Of a DNA stretch of 64,000 bases, positions 12,333 through 26,800 are shown in pieces (position 1 is the first letter of the stretch; each line of letters begins with the position of its first letter). Under the pieces are notes generated by a model. The model was given only the letters and a program-made list of their open reading frames with translations, was not told the origin of the DNA and ran no database searches. The stretch lies in NCBI GenBank assembly GCA_964057225.1, contig OZ059895.1, positions 17,794,001 through 17,858,000 of the forward strand, given 5' to 3'. Source of the DNA: Auanema rhodensis. Lineage: Eukaryota; Animalia; Nematoda. Both the position numbers and the translations under genes were made by a program.

Positions 12333-13872
12333 ATGTCAACGAATACACCATCTTCTTCGGGTTCCGGACATGTCATACAGTATACTTCCATATTTGATGA
12401 ATCGAACCGGATAATAGATCAGGTTCCGTCATAACTGTTTTGATTATCATTCTGTTTTACACCTTCAGGATTGTCATAGTTATGGTAGTTGTAGAAAAGT
12501 TAATGAATTTGAGAAGATCAATAGAGTTGGCGAAGGAACTTATGGAGTAGTGTATAGAGCAAGGGACACTATTTCAGGGCAAATTGTACTATTAACATTA
12601 CGATGTTAACAGATTCTCTACCATTAATATTGAAGGTTGCCTTAAAGCAAGTACGAGTACTTGAGAAAAGTTCATCTTCGGGCATATCTGAATCAGCTTT
12701 GCGTGAAATAACTTTACTCTCTCGGATTAGCCACAAAAATATAGTTCAACTGAAAGAAGTATGAGATAATCAAGATTTTAATTGAAAACAACATTATTTT
12801 TACACATTTCAGGTAGCTGTATCAAAAAATTACAAAGGAATGTTTTTAGTAATGGAGTTCTGTGAACAGGACTTAGCTTCTCTTCTGGACAATATGTCTG
12901 TTCCTTTCACTGGTGCCCAAGTGAAATGTATTATTCTACAGTTATTTAAAGCTTTGAACTTTATGCACAATAACTTCATATTACACCGAGATCTTAAAGT
13001 TTTAAAATTAAGGTTTATGTATACTAATAAAAACTACGTCAGGTATCAAACTTGTTGCTAACCGATGCTGGTGTTTTGAAAGTTGCTGATTTTGGACTTG
13101 CACGTATTTATGGGGATGAGGGAATGTTCATGACTCCTCGAGTAGTTACACTTTGGTATTTAGTTTTATCTTTATTAATATACTTACTTCTCATTGTTGG
13201 AAAATTGTTTATAATTATTACTACAGGTATCGATGTCCTGAGCTATTATTCGGTTGTAAAACACAAACAACAGGTTCGAATTGTACGGAACACCAAGTTT
13301 CAGTCAGAATTTTAGGTATTGATATTTGGTCAGCCGGATGTATTTTTGGAGAGTTGCTACTCTGTAGACCCCTTTTACCAGGAAAGGGAGACATAGATCA
13401 GGTTGAGATTCAGTGAAGTCACCCCTTCACCTCAATCTTTTTAGATTGAACGCATAATTCAACTATTGGGTACACCTACTACGAAGATTTGGCCAGAACT
13501 AGATCAAATGCCAGATTTGCAAAACTTTACACTCCGCTCACAGCCTTATAACAGATTGAAAGTATATAAATAAATTTTTTGATAATTTTATATAATCTGA
13601 AATATTTTAGACTGTTTTTGAGAATTGTTCCTCAGTAACTCTTGATCTTCTAAATGGTCTCTTTGCCTATGATCCTCAACGTAGAATCTCGGCGAAAACA
13701 GTATTAGAACATGAATATTTCCTAGTAAGTTGTCAAATTCACAATAGATAATAACTGCTTTTCTAAGGAGCATCCATTGCCTTGTGCTCCTGATCTCATG
13801 CCATCATTCCCACAACATCGTAATAAGAAGAGAAAACGTTCCCGATCTCCTCAAAAATATGATAGGAATTGA
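12333..13872 (+). CDS. cdk10: Cyclin-dependent kinase, CDK10-like
   Basis: Spliced protein: [27 protein letters not shown]...VALK...[10 protein letters not shown]...[15 protein letters not shown]...HRDLKVSNLL...DFGLAR...[16 protein letters not shown]...QPYNRLK...[28 protein letters not shown] and the PLPCxPxLMPxFPxHRNK tail match CDK10 rather than CDK11. Confidence 0.88.
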
Positions 13873-16800
13873 ACTATTCGAAATTTCATTTCATGTTTAT
13901 TATATTTAATAATTTACATAAGTATTCGAACCGTATATATTTTATTTTATATTTATAATAGTTTTTCTATAATCTTCATGGAACAAAACTATAAAACGAA
14001 TCTTAAAGCTCTATACTTCTATATTTTTCCTAAATATTTATTTTTTTGAACAGTGTGATGCAATGTGTGACCAATACTTTTGTAACCAGCTTATTAGTTT
14101 ATATAATTTGCCTCTGAGAGACTAACTTTCATTCATTCGGCATATGCTAGATTATACTTTTGATTTGCTGACGATGAGCTCCTCTCAAAGTTTATATGAG
14201 ATTGTTTAATCCGAAAACCTAAACAGAAATGAAATCTCTTGAGTTGAGATAACCTGAAAAGTAATTAGAAATATATGTAGATTCAGTGCTAGAGTGTTAG
14301 GTTAGTTTCTACACTTTAAAAGCAATATGATTTACTGCTAGCCTCATAAAGCTCTCCCACTTAAGCTGGGATGTAGTGAACGTCAGGCTTAGTCGAAATA
14401 TTAGATTCGGAAAAAAACATGCCCTTATCAATCATTATTCAGGTGTTTAACCGAAAGAGTGAGAAGCCATAGACCTAATAAAAATCTAGAAGCTTAAAAA
14501 ATTTTTTGGCTTTATATCTATATTCATACATAACTTGTTCCTAGATGTTTTGTTTTCCCCCATGCATTTATCTAATTTTTGGACCTATTTAGTAACCATA
14601 TCATTATTATGACTAAAACCAAGCAACAATAATCAGGTTGATAACCTATAATTATGCTCTCTGATTCTTCTTTTATAACTTGTGACATCTTATCCACGTC
14701 CTTTCTATGTTTCTTCTTTTTGTTTATTTGAATTCAATTTTAGTGATTATGTCCTCGATAACAAGTATTTGTTCGTCTTTCCCATTATTCATTACTTTCT
14801 CTCTTTCATATGTTCCATGTCTAGATTGTAGAAAATCCTGAGTAAACTATCATAATCTTGTAAATTTCATTTCTTTTACAAACTTCATCATGATTCTCTA
14901 TTTATTCACGAGCAAATTAGAAATTTTTAATCTTTCGTGTTTGTTTGCAACATAAAGCTGAAATATAGGCCATGGCTATTTTTCAGAAGTCGGCGACTTT
15001 CCGTTTTTTTCTTAAATTGAAATTCAAGATTGTGATGAGCACAACGGCGGAAACGACCGATCTTCAACATATCCTAAAGTTAAATAAAACATTTCATTTA
15101 AATTTCACGTTATTAGAACATTGCGATGTTGAGGAATTCTGTCTTTACCTTTAATGTTTGTAAACTAATGTAATATTCATGCAAAAACTCGTATCGAGGA
15201 AAAAAAAATCTATTATGTATACATTACCATTGCCACTGAAAAGCCAGTTATTTGAAAAAGTAATAATATTAATCGTTATATTAATTATTTCAGCGCTACC
15301 ATGCTTCTTACATAACCATTGATCAAATTAATAGGTGAAGTCATAGCAACGAAGCATGGTATTAAATACATATACATATCTATTTGTGTATATTATATAC
15401 ATACATATGAGGTTGTTCAATCACGACTACCAATGAAGCGTCTGAGTGTTTGTAAGATTTAAAATATTTTAATTCTTATTGATATTTCAGTTTTGAATAG
15501 CGTGTAGCCCTTTTATCAAGGGCAGCTTCAATTCAATCTTTAGTTGATTCATGAACAACGCTTTGCTCATCATTTTTCGGAATAATTCAAAATACAGAAG
15601 AAAATATTTGAATAAACATAAAAGATATAATTCAAAACAAATACTTTTTGAAACTTTTAACACATCTTTGTTTTTCAGCTGCTCTTTCTCCATTTTTGTG
15701 TACAGAAATTGTTTCTTTTTTTTTAATTTTTTTAATCGTCTTCTGTTCTGTTCTCAATTTATCAATTATGGATTACGGAAGTTTTTCAGAACTCATTCCT
15801 TCATTCACAGCTAATCCTTCGTTTTGTCTTCTGATTCTGATTTAAGTTTTGCCTTTTTCGACCAAATGAATATTTATTCATTTATTTGTTTTATTCCCCT
15901 TATGCTCCATTGAGTAATTGTCCGAAATAATCTCTTAACCGAAACTCTGTGAATAGTTTCATCGCTCATTTACTGATATCATACAAAAATCACAAATTCA
16001 AACTTCAAAAATTAAACAAATTTTGCGAGAAAATTTGTTAATTTTATATTTTTGTTAGACCTCCTACTCTGTTTTTATTCTATCTCTTCATTTCTCTTTT
16101 TAATTCAGGCACACGTCATTCTCTCTCCCCCTCTTCAACGCGACTCCCTGCCAACCTCTCTCTCTCATTCTTTATTTCTCTGCCACTTTGGATCTGAATA
16201 AAAAAGCACAAGTGCTTGAAATGAGTAGGTACAGCATCAAACTTCATCATTTTTTCGATCTTGACGATAATGAAAAATAAAACTTGAAATGCTCCCTGGT
16301 CTTTTCTCGTCAAGCTTCGATCGAGTAGCTTGGTTTAGATATTGTCAACAGAGGACAGGCAAATATCAAGAACAGCTTTGCTGCCAGATTGACAATATTT
16401 CTATCTATTTCGTTCCTTTCATCTTCTTTCCAAGTCACTTCACTGTTATTCATACTCTTAACCATCAAAAAATAATAAATAAAATCATGAAACTTGCGAT
16501 TTTCCGGGTGCCTCCGAAAAAGTGAGATGTTGAATCACAATAAAAGTAAACCTAGTACATTACATTTTTCTAGTTGAGCTAGAACAGCAAATATATGACA
16601 AACCATGTTAGATGTCATGATTCTAAAGGCTAAGTCTAAATGCCCCTCTGTTCTCTTCAATTCAGTTTGAAAAATTCGAGTTATCGTGTTTTATGCAAAT
16701 TTCTCGAACGATACTCAGCTGTAACTGAATGAACTTCTAAGCATGAGGCTTTAAAAGCTTTTTATATTCTGAGAATAGAAGCAAGTTTGCAGCAATTAAC

Positions 16801-19800
16801 AACGTTTACTTTGAAATTCGAATACACTGAGCTCTTGAACTTGTCCACTCTTGAAATGCAAGCGTGATTTCAACTTATTCTTCATTCATTCGACTTAAGC
16901 TTAGTGGCCACTGGCCGCATCTTTCATTTTCTGCGAATGGAGTTCATTTCTCTTCACATGTCTCTCTCTTCCCATCCTTTAACCTCTTCTCTGTGTCTAA
17001 CCCTTTTGCCATCTGGAACACTCCATGTTTAGCCTTGTCTCTCTTTCATATGATTGTGTCATTCCCTATTTCCTCATATAAGCATTGTGTATTTGGCCTC
17101 ATGAAATCGGCTGTACATTATTTATCTCTGCCCTCGAGGCATCGATTCCAACCATCGAACTGCTTGCTATTCTCCCCACAACAACGCTAACACATCACAC
17201 TGTAACACATGTTCCGTCTATGTCTATATTTCATCTTCCTTTCTGGCCTTGTCCTAAGTTTCATCTCTTTGTTCATCCCAGCTTGCTCACTTGCCCAATC
17301 CTCGTCGTTTGCTCCCACTCTCTATCAGCTTCCATGATTCCTCTACCCCCTTCACGTTTGTAGTTTTCTTCATTATCTATCTCTCTATATATCTCTGTAT
17401 CTCTTTATTTTTATACAGTATATGATTCTCTCTCATTCTCATACAAATCGTTCTCTTTCTTCAGCTGGTTCACTAAGTGCGTTCCTGCGGTTTCTGTCCT
17501 TATCACCTTGGCACTTTTTCTTTTCAGACATATTTTGGCTAAGTATCAGCATTCCCTATTCATGTATTAATCTCGCACCAAAAAAATGCACGTCAGATAG
17601 ATATTATCTTTCTTGTCCCAGGAGTCTCTAGTTTAAAAAAAACATTCAACCTTTCTTAAAATAACATAATCTAGCTTTGCTTCGTCTTGCTCAGCTGTAA
17701 TTCTAATCAGCCTGAAAAATCAGTTTGCTGACCTTTCATATATACTCTTTTAACTTACGGTTGTTATTGATAGAATAGAAACATTATAATTTTGAAATTT
17801 TGCCAAACAAAAGCCAAGAGTATAAATGTACTTATTTGATTGTTTCAAAATTTTCTGCGAAGTTTCAATCTGATTCTCTCTTGACTAACCTCATCTGTCA
17901 AAACTATTATCCTATCGTTGTTGTTGCTGATCCAGTACAAACTACGACCTTTTATGAAAAAAAATGTACAAAAGGATTTATAACAATAGGATGATGTAAA
18001 CTATCTGAAAACGTAGTACAGAAGGTGAAGAAGAAGAAAGAAGTCTGAACAAGAAAAGCCCCATATCGTCTGGCACATTTTCCGTCTAAGATCGCAAAGA
18101 ATGAACATGATGACGATGAACATCTTGATCGACTAAACTTTTAATTCATTAAATTCACCGACCAAATTTTTGATGTTCATTGATTTTTAAAATATATTCC
18201 AAAGATACACAATAAATTTATAAGAATGTCATAAAAAATTGGGTGAAGAAGTACGAAAGATTGCAATATTTTGTTTAATATTCTCAGTTCAATTTAAAAG
18301 GTGATAACGATTTATGTTAGGTAATTATGTTCTTTTTTTAATTGCAACATGTTTGATCTAATAAATTTCTGATCCTTGTTCTTATATAAATCAGACATCT
18401 AGTCGATCAAAGAATCAAAAACAGAGATCTTTTTTTGTCCTTCTCTATAATAAATTACTAATTTTAATGAAATATTAAATAATTCATTAAGCATTAGAGC
18501 ATGTTAATCATTTGTTTAAGCTTTAATGATTTAATAGCCTATGTGATTTTGAGTGTATATGTAATATATGATCTACCTCTTAATACATTTCATATAGTGA
18601 ATAATTCTTTTAGAATTTCAAGGGAAAATAATATATTCTACCTCTTAATCTATTACGTTATAATACACTATATATGAGTTAAATCTTATCATTATGGTTG
18701 TATTTCTCTTGCTGCAGTCTTGTAACTGTACTGAAACTGATCTAGTTTCTCTTAGGCTTTTCTGTATTTTCATGTATTTCGACTATTTAAGGATTTTATG
18801 ATTTGTGCACAATTGTATATTCCTTCGTCTTCTATCATTCTGTTCTCTCTATATCTTGATTTTCTCTCGTTTTTTTCAATTTCTTTCCATTCTTTTCTGT
18901 CTCTTCCACCCCCCCCCTCTCCATCGTGCGTTCCACATTGGCATGATTTATTTGAAAATCCTCCATAGTTTGCTGCTAGTTTCATGAAAAGAATTTCGTA
19001 AACGTGTGGAATTATCATATTTTAGGTTTTTTTTTATTTTTAAACTTTTCAAAGTCCCTTTTCATTGCTAATTTATAGGTGTCTTTATCAGCTCCTTAGG
19101 TAATTTCCAATTGAAAAAGTGAGTGGAAGTTCAAAATGCATAATTCGCTGGGAAAAGTTGCCGTTTTTGCAACAAAAGACTACATAGAATCGAAGAATAT
19201 GAGAGTTAAGAAGCAAAAATCGGTAGAGCTAAGGATAAACATGTGATTTTCTGAATTCTTAACTTCGCGTTTCGTCTTCATCTGCTTACTCTCTTTCTCT
19301 CTCAATCTCTTTATCTCTCTCTCTCTCTCTCTCCCTCTCAGAGTTCTTTTTTCTCTTCATTATTCCCTCTGTCACTTCATATCTCCATACAGCGCGTCGT
19401 CATCTAATTTTATCGTGAACCAAAAGCTTCAAATAGACCATGAGTGAAGAGTTAACCAAGAATTTATAGTAAGTCAAATAGATAGAATTGTTGGAGATAA
19501 AATGGCGGAAAAGACTAACAACTTCAAGAATCAAGAAGGAAAGTATTGGCTCGTGTCCTTTTTGATCTAAGTGGAACCATCTACATATTGTATACCTGAT
19601 GAATTACTTTAATGGGGGGAAAAACTGTGAATCAAATATATAGCATTTTTCTGTATTTGGAAATGCACTGAAAAAAAAGAAGAAAGTTGTGATTAGTAGA
19701 TGATATTCGTTCTTCTCGTTCCTGGACTACGTACATTCTTACTTTTCTGATCAGCAATTATTTGAATTCTCTAAATTCAGTCATTCTTCCCAGTATATTG

Positions 19801-22800
19801 ATCTCCTACTGCTTTTTCAGCTATTTTTTCACATTCCTCTTCCAAGCACTAACCGATGAATCTAAGGAATATTGACGACTTATGGGTATGTTGACAAAAA
19901 AAGATGAATTTGGTGATCAAGCTTGAGCTATACGGCTCCCCCAGAGAATCGTCATTTGATCAGAGCTTCATGTTTCACACATCAGCTTTTCCTTATTCAT
20001 CTCACTCACACGCATATTTCTGGCAATCCTGCCTAGGACATCATAACAGCAGCAGTAGCAGCAGGCGCCGATTTTGCTCGTCTCTCTTTTAACTCCCCCC
20101 TCCCCCCTCATCTTCAGCCTAGGCTATCCGCAACGATCTTAACTTTTCGTGTTTCTTTCTTTGTTGTTATAAGAAAACAATAAAATATAGCATAGCATGA
20201 TCTAAGTTATAGAAATAAGATAGAGAATATAAAGAATAGCTCCTTGTGTATTATGTTTTTGAGGTGAAATATCATGGGTGTAAGGCTTGCAAATGTAGTT
20301 TTTATTTTATGGAGCAAAAAATAAAAACATTGAAATCATGATAATCTTCTGTTGTATCAAGCAAAAACATCAAAGGTATTTTTGCTTATATATTTGTTTT
20401 ATGTGTAGATATATACCTCTATTCCAAGCCCACTTGCTGTGCTATGAACATGTGTACATGTGCCAGGCTTTCACACTCTGTCCTGCATCTGTGGTTTGTC
20501 CATTATCTTCAGATTTCTTTTGTTGCTATGAATTTATCGTTAGATATCATCATGATCTGCCTTCAACATTACTCTATTCAATTACCGTAGCAACTTCATC
20601 ATCAACATTTTTTCCATCTTCGTCTGATTCGTATTCCTTGTCGTCGCTGACGATCTTTTTTTTCTTCATAATATTCTCAGTTTCAATCACTTTATCGCTT
20701 TTTTTTATCGTTCTTTTCTCCATTCTTTGTTCCATATTAAAGCTTCTATTTCTATCTTTCTACTTTTTTGGTACTTGTCTCTAGTTGCCACCATTTATGG
20801 AGAAATAATGCTACTAGAAGAGCAGCAGATGTTTTTTCATGTCTTTTATTTCGTTTTTTTTTCCAGTTAGGTTAAATTAGTATGAATGACAATTTATACT
20901 TAACATCCTCATTTTTCCACTTCCCATCTTACACCACTAGTATGGCATTTGTATTTTTATTCAATTTATAATTTTTTTCTGTTTTCTGTCATCACAATTG
21001 TAAACGCTTCAACCACATAGATATATAGTTGATGGGCCTTAGCCGCATAGCAGAGTCATCACCAGCATCAACATCGTCACCAACAGCCTCATGCTTTGAT
21101 ATCGTTCAATCAGCCGTCCATTACCTCTTCTTCGGCTCGCCCGCACTTTGTTATCAACTCAATTTCACCATTTGGTTATACAGAGAAACAGACAAATAGA
21201 AAAGGCAAGAGAGAGATAGAGGGAGAAATAAATGAAAAAGATTGTCACTACTAACCATCCGCAATCCACCATACCATCCTGCTATTGTGATCTTAAGAGC
21301 AGATAGACAAAGTACAAAGAATTTTCAAAACAAAATTCGATTTCGAACTGCGCGAAACAAAAATTTGAAAATTAAATTATTTCTGAAAAAAAATAACTTA
21401 TTTAATGTTATTGTTCTCTCATCTGCTGTGCACATCTTCATTTATTCTGAAGAGGGCTCACACTGTTGATGCTGCATGGCTGTGTTTAGGCCATTGTCAA
21501 AGCTTTGTTCGCTGCCTCTGATATCAGATGAAGGGCTTTCTCTTGTCTGGCCAGCTCGGTACACGATCCAGACTAACTTGGTCAGCTCTATTAGGCAATT
21601 TTTCATTTAAACTAAACCTATTCTTTTTCTTTTACCAAATACAATTATTCATTTTCTATTTCCGTTGCAAGTCTTCCATTTTAGATGCTTTCTTGCTGTC
21701 TGTCTCATTTATGTATAATGAGAGAGATAGAAAAAGAGAAAGATAGAGATAGAAAAGAATATGTAGCTAGATAAAGAGGAAAAAAGAAAGAAAGAAGGAG
21801 AGACTTAAGAAATGAGACAGAGAAAACAAATGTTTTCTTCCCCGTTTCTCCATCTATCTGTATTCATTTCCTTCCCTCTCTTCGTCTGTTTCTTCTCTCC
21901 TCCCCTTTAACCCCCCCCTCCCATCGTCTTTTCTTCTAGCCTTCCCCCAACTCCTTGTTCCGTATGGCCACCTCGTAGACGACGTTGACCCCAAGATAAC
22001 AGGACTGGCAATGCTTTCAGGCTCACTTGTTACATCATGTTTCTTAAACTTCTAGTATCTGAAGATGATTAGTAACTACTGATCAATTCCCATGTCACAA
22101 CAGCAGTGGTAGTGGTTGAATCGTCGTGAACTCCCGACGCATTTTACATTGTCTTCTGTTTTCCGTACCTCAATTGTTTTCAGCTTGGAGAAGTAAAAGC
22201 TCTTTCTCTGCTCTGTTCATCTAGTTTACGTTTTTTTCTTGTCTTTCGCTTTATAAGCAATTTGTTGTTTCAAATGAATTTGTTTATTTCGTCTAAATGC
22301 AGCTATAAAAGTATTTCGAGAGCACACAACTTGCTTGTCTTTTAGTTTTTTACCAAAAAAATGCTTACGTCATAGATTTTTACGATAGCCGATATTTTTC
22401 TTCTGAATTCATTATATGTTTTCCTCCTATAATTTCTTGATAATAATTTTTATTCAGCAATCTTACCTATGTTACTGGTATTTTCTTTAAAAATTATATA
22501 GAGGGCTGTGCGTTTTGGAGTAGTTTGCAACTGAAGCAGAACTAGCTGTTTTCCTTTTCTTTCAAGTTATTTTCTTTTTTTTTTGACTAAAAAAGGAATG
22601 TTGGACGACAAAAAATGAATCGAAAGTAGAAAAGAAGAAGGAGAGAGCTTTTTTCGGTTGTCACTCGAACTTTTGCCAGTTTCCCCTTTTTCGTTTTTTT
22701 TCGCCTCACATTTGGATAGTATGTCTAATTTTTTAAAATGAATTTGACGTCAAAAATTAAAGTTTTATCATTTCACGCTTGTTCTTTTTGAAAATCTTGT

Positions 22801-23744
22801 AATCCCATATGATGTATACTAGAGAAATTTAAATAATAATGACCAGAAGCTGAACAAAGTTCAATAGATGATTCGAAGGGCACAAAGGGAGAAGGAGAGA
22901 GAGAGAGCGAGAAAGACAGTGAGCGAGAGAGAAAAGATAAAGAGAGGAGAAAACAATGTTAAAATGTGTTTTCTGTTCAGATCTTAACTTCCTTGATTCA
23001 TGCACACATCATTCTTTCAAAAAGAAAATAAAAAAGAAACAAATTGATAGCGTCATATGTCTTAGTATTTACTCAGTTTTCATCATTTATTTATTAATTG
23101 TATTTTAGTTACAATTTTTTTTGTTAACCCTTTTCTTCACATTTTTTGCATATATAAATAGAATGCTTGTCTTCTTTTTCTTCTTATTCATTCCTTTTTT
23201 CACGTCATCTTTTTTGATCCAACCCCCACACTACTCCCTCTCACTTCCCATCTCTCCCTCTCTCTCTCTCTTAAATTTTTTTACCTTCCTACCATTTTTC
23301 TTTTAATTTTTCTTACTCTTCATCATAGGCGCGAAACTCAAATAAACCTAAAAATCGAACATTTGATCTTCTTCATTCAAAATAGTATAACATTAAAAAT
23401 GACGCATATTCATAAAACCATGAAACTTATTTTTGATTTTGTTCGCCAGAAAGAAATAAAAAATCTTTTGACAAAAAGATTTTGACACATACAACATATG
23501 AATATTATAGATGAGAGGATCTAAATCAAACGAAAAAAAATCTTTTTCATCCGCCCACTAGTCACAATCACTTTCACATGCTCATTGTAGTCATCATTCT
23601 TCTACATAGGGTGTTCTCGAACTAAATGTTTCAGACAGTTTCAATGTTTCAGACAAGCTTTACTAGCTGTTTAGTGTGAGTTCGGATCATGTATCTTCTT
23701 CAACGTTCAACTCGTTAATAGAGTTGGCTTCGATTAATTTTTAA

Positions 23745-23828
<84 letters not shown>
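23745..23828 (+). repeat. (CT)n microsatellite
   Basis: About 40 near-perfect CT units. Confidence 0.95.
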
Positions 23829-23831
<3 letters not shown>

Positions 23832-26800
23832 ATCTCTATCCCTATCCCTCCTTTTCTCTCTGATGATTCACTTTTTTTTACTTTAGTCACATTCATTCTT
23901 ATATCTTTCTCTATATATCTCTGCTATTATTACTTTGTCACTTAAAACGCTCTAAACCTTTTATTGCTTTACGACTCTTTTTCTGTCATTTTGTTCTGAG
24001 ATTTTTTTCTGATTTAAGCTAGAAACCGAGTGCTCGAATGGTTCAATTGAACAACCTACAGCTAGAGCTAGCAGCACATTTGTCAGCCTGAGCTTTCCAT
24101 CGTATCAAGTCCAAAATAAAAAAAAACCTTTTTTTGCCCCTTTTCATACCTGTAGTTTAATACAATTCTGATTCGATTTGATACGGCGGACTTAGACCTA
24201 ACAAGCGTGTGCTGATCAAAAACTTCAGGAATTGCTGATTCTCTCTCTCTTGCTGTTGCCATTTATGGTCCTTATATTGCGCTGATATTTATTTTATGGA
24301 AAAGAGCTATTTCCGTCTCCATACTTATCACCTTCGGACGAGATCAAATGATCTTGTCGTTTACACAAAGATCACAAGTGGCACCGGCTGACATTTACCC
24401 TCCACTCATCATTATGTTATTGTCGTATGTTTCATCTCTAAATGCTTGGATTTGTGACAAAAATTTTAATTTCATACCATCTTTTCCAGATTTTTTTGAA
24501 TATACAACATAATCGTATCTCTTCTAGACCATTTATCCATGCGGAACGGGCTGCTAAGTTGCCGGATTCATATTTTACTTTTCAGAGCCTTGTCAACTAT
24601 CCAATATCGAAGTGCTAGTCATTGTCTCCTATAGTCTACCTCAAAGGTTTCGTATTCCTTTTTCTATACCACCTTGCGACCTCTAAACTCTTTGTGTTGA
24701 CACATATGGAGCGGCGTCTAGAACAAATTCAATCGTTAAGCTCATTGTTGGTCTCAAACAATCCAAGCCATTCTCTCTATTTGATATGCCAGATGATGAT
24801 AACTCTTTCTTCTGTTTCCATACCGCTAATGCCGGCACGGAGATCTCTGATTTATCCTTAGGTATTCTTGTAAAAAACTCTTTTATCTTCTTCTTCCTCG
24901 TCTACTACTGCTGGCTGGCCAAGTACAAAGAAAATAAAAACAAAAACTTGAGCAATGACCAAAATAAAGTTTTGAAAGGCACCTTTCATTCTCAGAGTGT
25001 CACCACCTCCTCAGTTTTCCTTCAAACTTCATTTGCTCCTATTGTTTCTGCTGGATTTACTCCCGTCTCATTCCTATATGTTTTCTTCCCTCTCTATTTC
25101 TTACTTTCTCTCTCTGTCTCTCTCTCTCTTTTTCTCTCTTACTTTCTCTCTGTCTTTCTCTCACCATTTTCATCTTCTTTACTGATTTTCTGGAAACAAT
25201 AGGTAAAAAACAACTGAATAACTTGAATCTTATGTTGTTCGTAAAAGTCAAAGCTTTGACATATAATTCATAGTGAACGTAATACTTGTATATTGAGAAT
25301 ATACCTTTTTTGATATTCGTTCAGGAGATCTGTGTCCAATAATTGAAATATAACACGTGCTTCTGTATTAGGATATTCATTCAAAATTTCATGGTAAACG
25401 AATGAAACTTTCGAAAAGTTTCACTATTGTGACTATAGAGTTTCTGAATAAAGTAAAACCTCAAAGCCAACTTGCAAGCTCTCTATGCTTAGGCTAGCTA
25501 GCCCAGTCTGACTTATGCCCGAAGAGCTGCTTTGGTTTTAGCCGTGCCTGAGAGAGCAAGGGGATAGCTGAGACTGAGGGGAGTTACTAGCTGAAGCGAG
25601 AAGAGATAGAAAGTATCCTAAAGAGAACAGAGATGAATGAGAGGGAATAGAGAGATAAATAGAGTATGAGAGAGAAACAGAAAGATGTGAAGGGATGGAG
25701 CGGGGGAAAAGGGGAGGGCTACATAGCTAGTCAGCCAGTCAGTTCACTACTAACCCCGGCACCGGCAGTACTAGCAGCAGTAGTGTCCCCAAGTATTTCT
25801 CTCCTTCAATACCTTCCTATCGCTATCTCTTTTCCTAATTCTCTTATACTTCGTACTTCTCTTTTTATCTCTTTTTCTTTGTTTCTCATATTTTTGCCTT
25901 ATCTCTAGTACTACCTCTCTTTTTGAGTGTCGAGACCAGGCCACGCGTCAGAGCCAATAAATTGGAAGCTGATGCGCCAATATTATTACACCCCTTTACT
26001 CCTCCCCCATCATCGCGTCTGAGGCAGTACCGGAGAAAGGATGCTCGGTGATTAAGATGAGCATTATCCTTTTACAGAGTTTTTCGTTTGCGATTGACTA
26101 CCGACGGCTTCTACATATTCCATTTTCTATTTTCTCTAATATATGTATATTCCGGTAATTCTATTCCCACCCAAGCTCCATATGACTAAAACTTTCATTC
26201 CTTAAGCTTTGTTTTCATTTCTCAGCCAATATTATGCTTTTCTTCTTTCATAAATAAACGTTCTGCCTAAGCATCGGAACCAAGAGCAGTGTCATCTGGC
26301 ACACCAGATAAGGCATGTTTCCCACGCGGTCGTGTCGTTCTAATCTTTTTTATGACATTTTTTCGTTATAATCAGTCGTTGAGTGTTTTTTATTTTTTTT
26401 TGCAAAATTCTCAGAATTTGTCACAATTTCAATTATGAAAAGCTATAGCAGTGATTACTAAATCATAGTGTTGTTTTTTGTTTGCAATTTTAGTGCATAC
26501 CTAACTAATCACATCTAGAAATTTGTAAATAGCTAATGGCATCTCTAATAAACAATCCAAAATTCAGCAAAAGAAACAACTGAGATAAACCGTCATCTTT
26601 TGAATAAACAGTTGACACTGTAGTGATTCGCATCATCTCGAACGACGGCAAGTTGTCTGTTCGTCTCCTCACAACTCCTCCACTACATTCTGCGCCATCC
26701 GTCGTCGCAGCTGCTGCTATTACGGTTCTGACGTTCTGCTGCTTCCGCTCGACATTTCTGTTTTTTTTACGTTTAGAGCTATTTATTAGTTGGGATCAAG

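Noticed and set aside
15487-15870. Lys/Glu-rich minus-strand ORF fragments
   Set aside because: Stops interrupt the frames, and I found no coherent splice model or motif.
25485-25500. TTAGGC telomere-like hexamer
   Set aside because: A single copy is expected by chance; there is no array.
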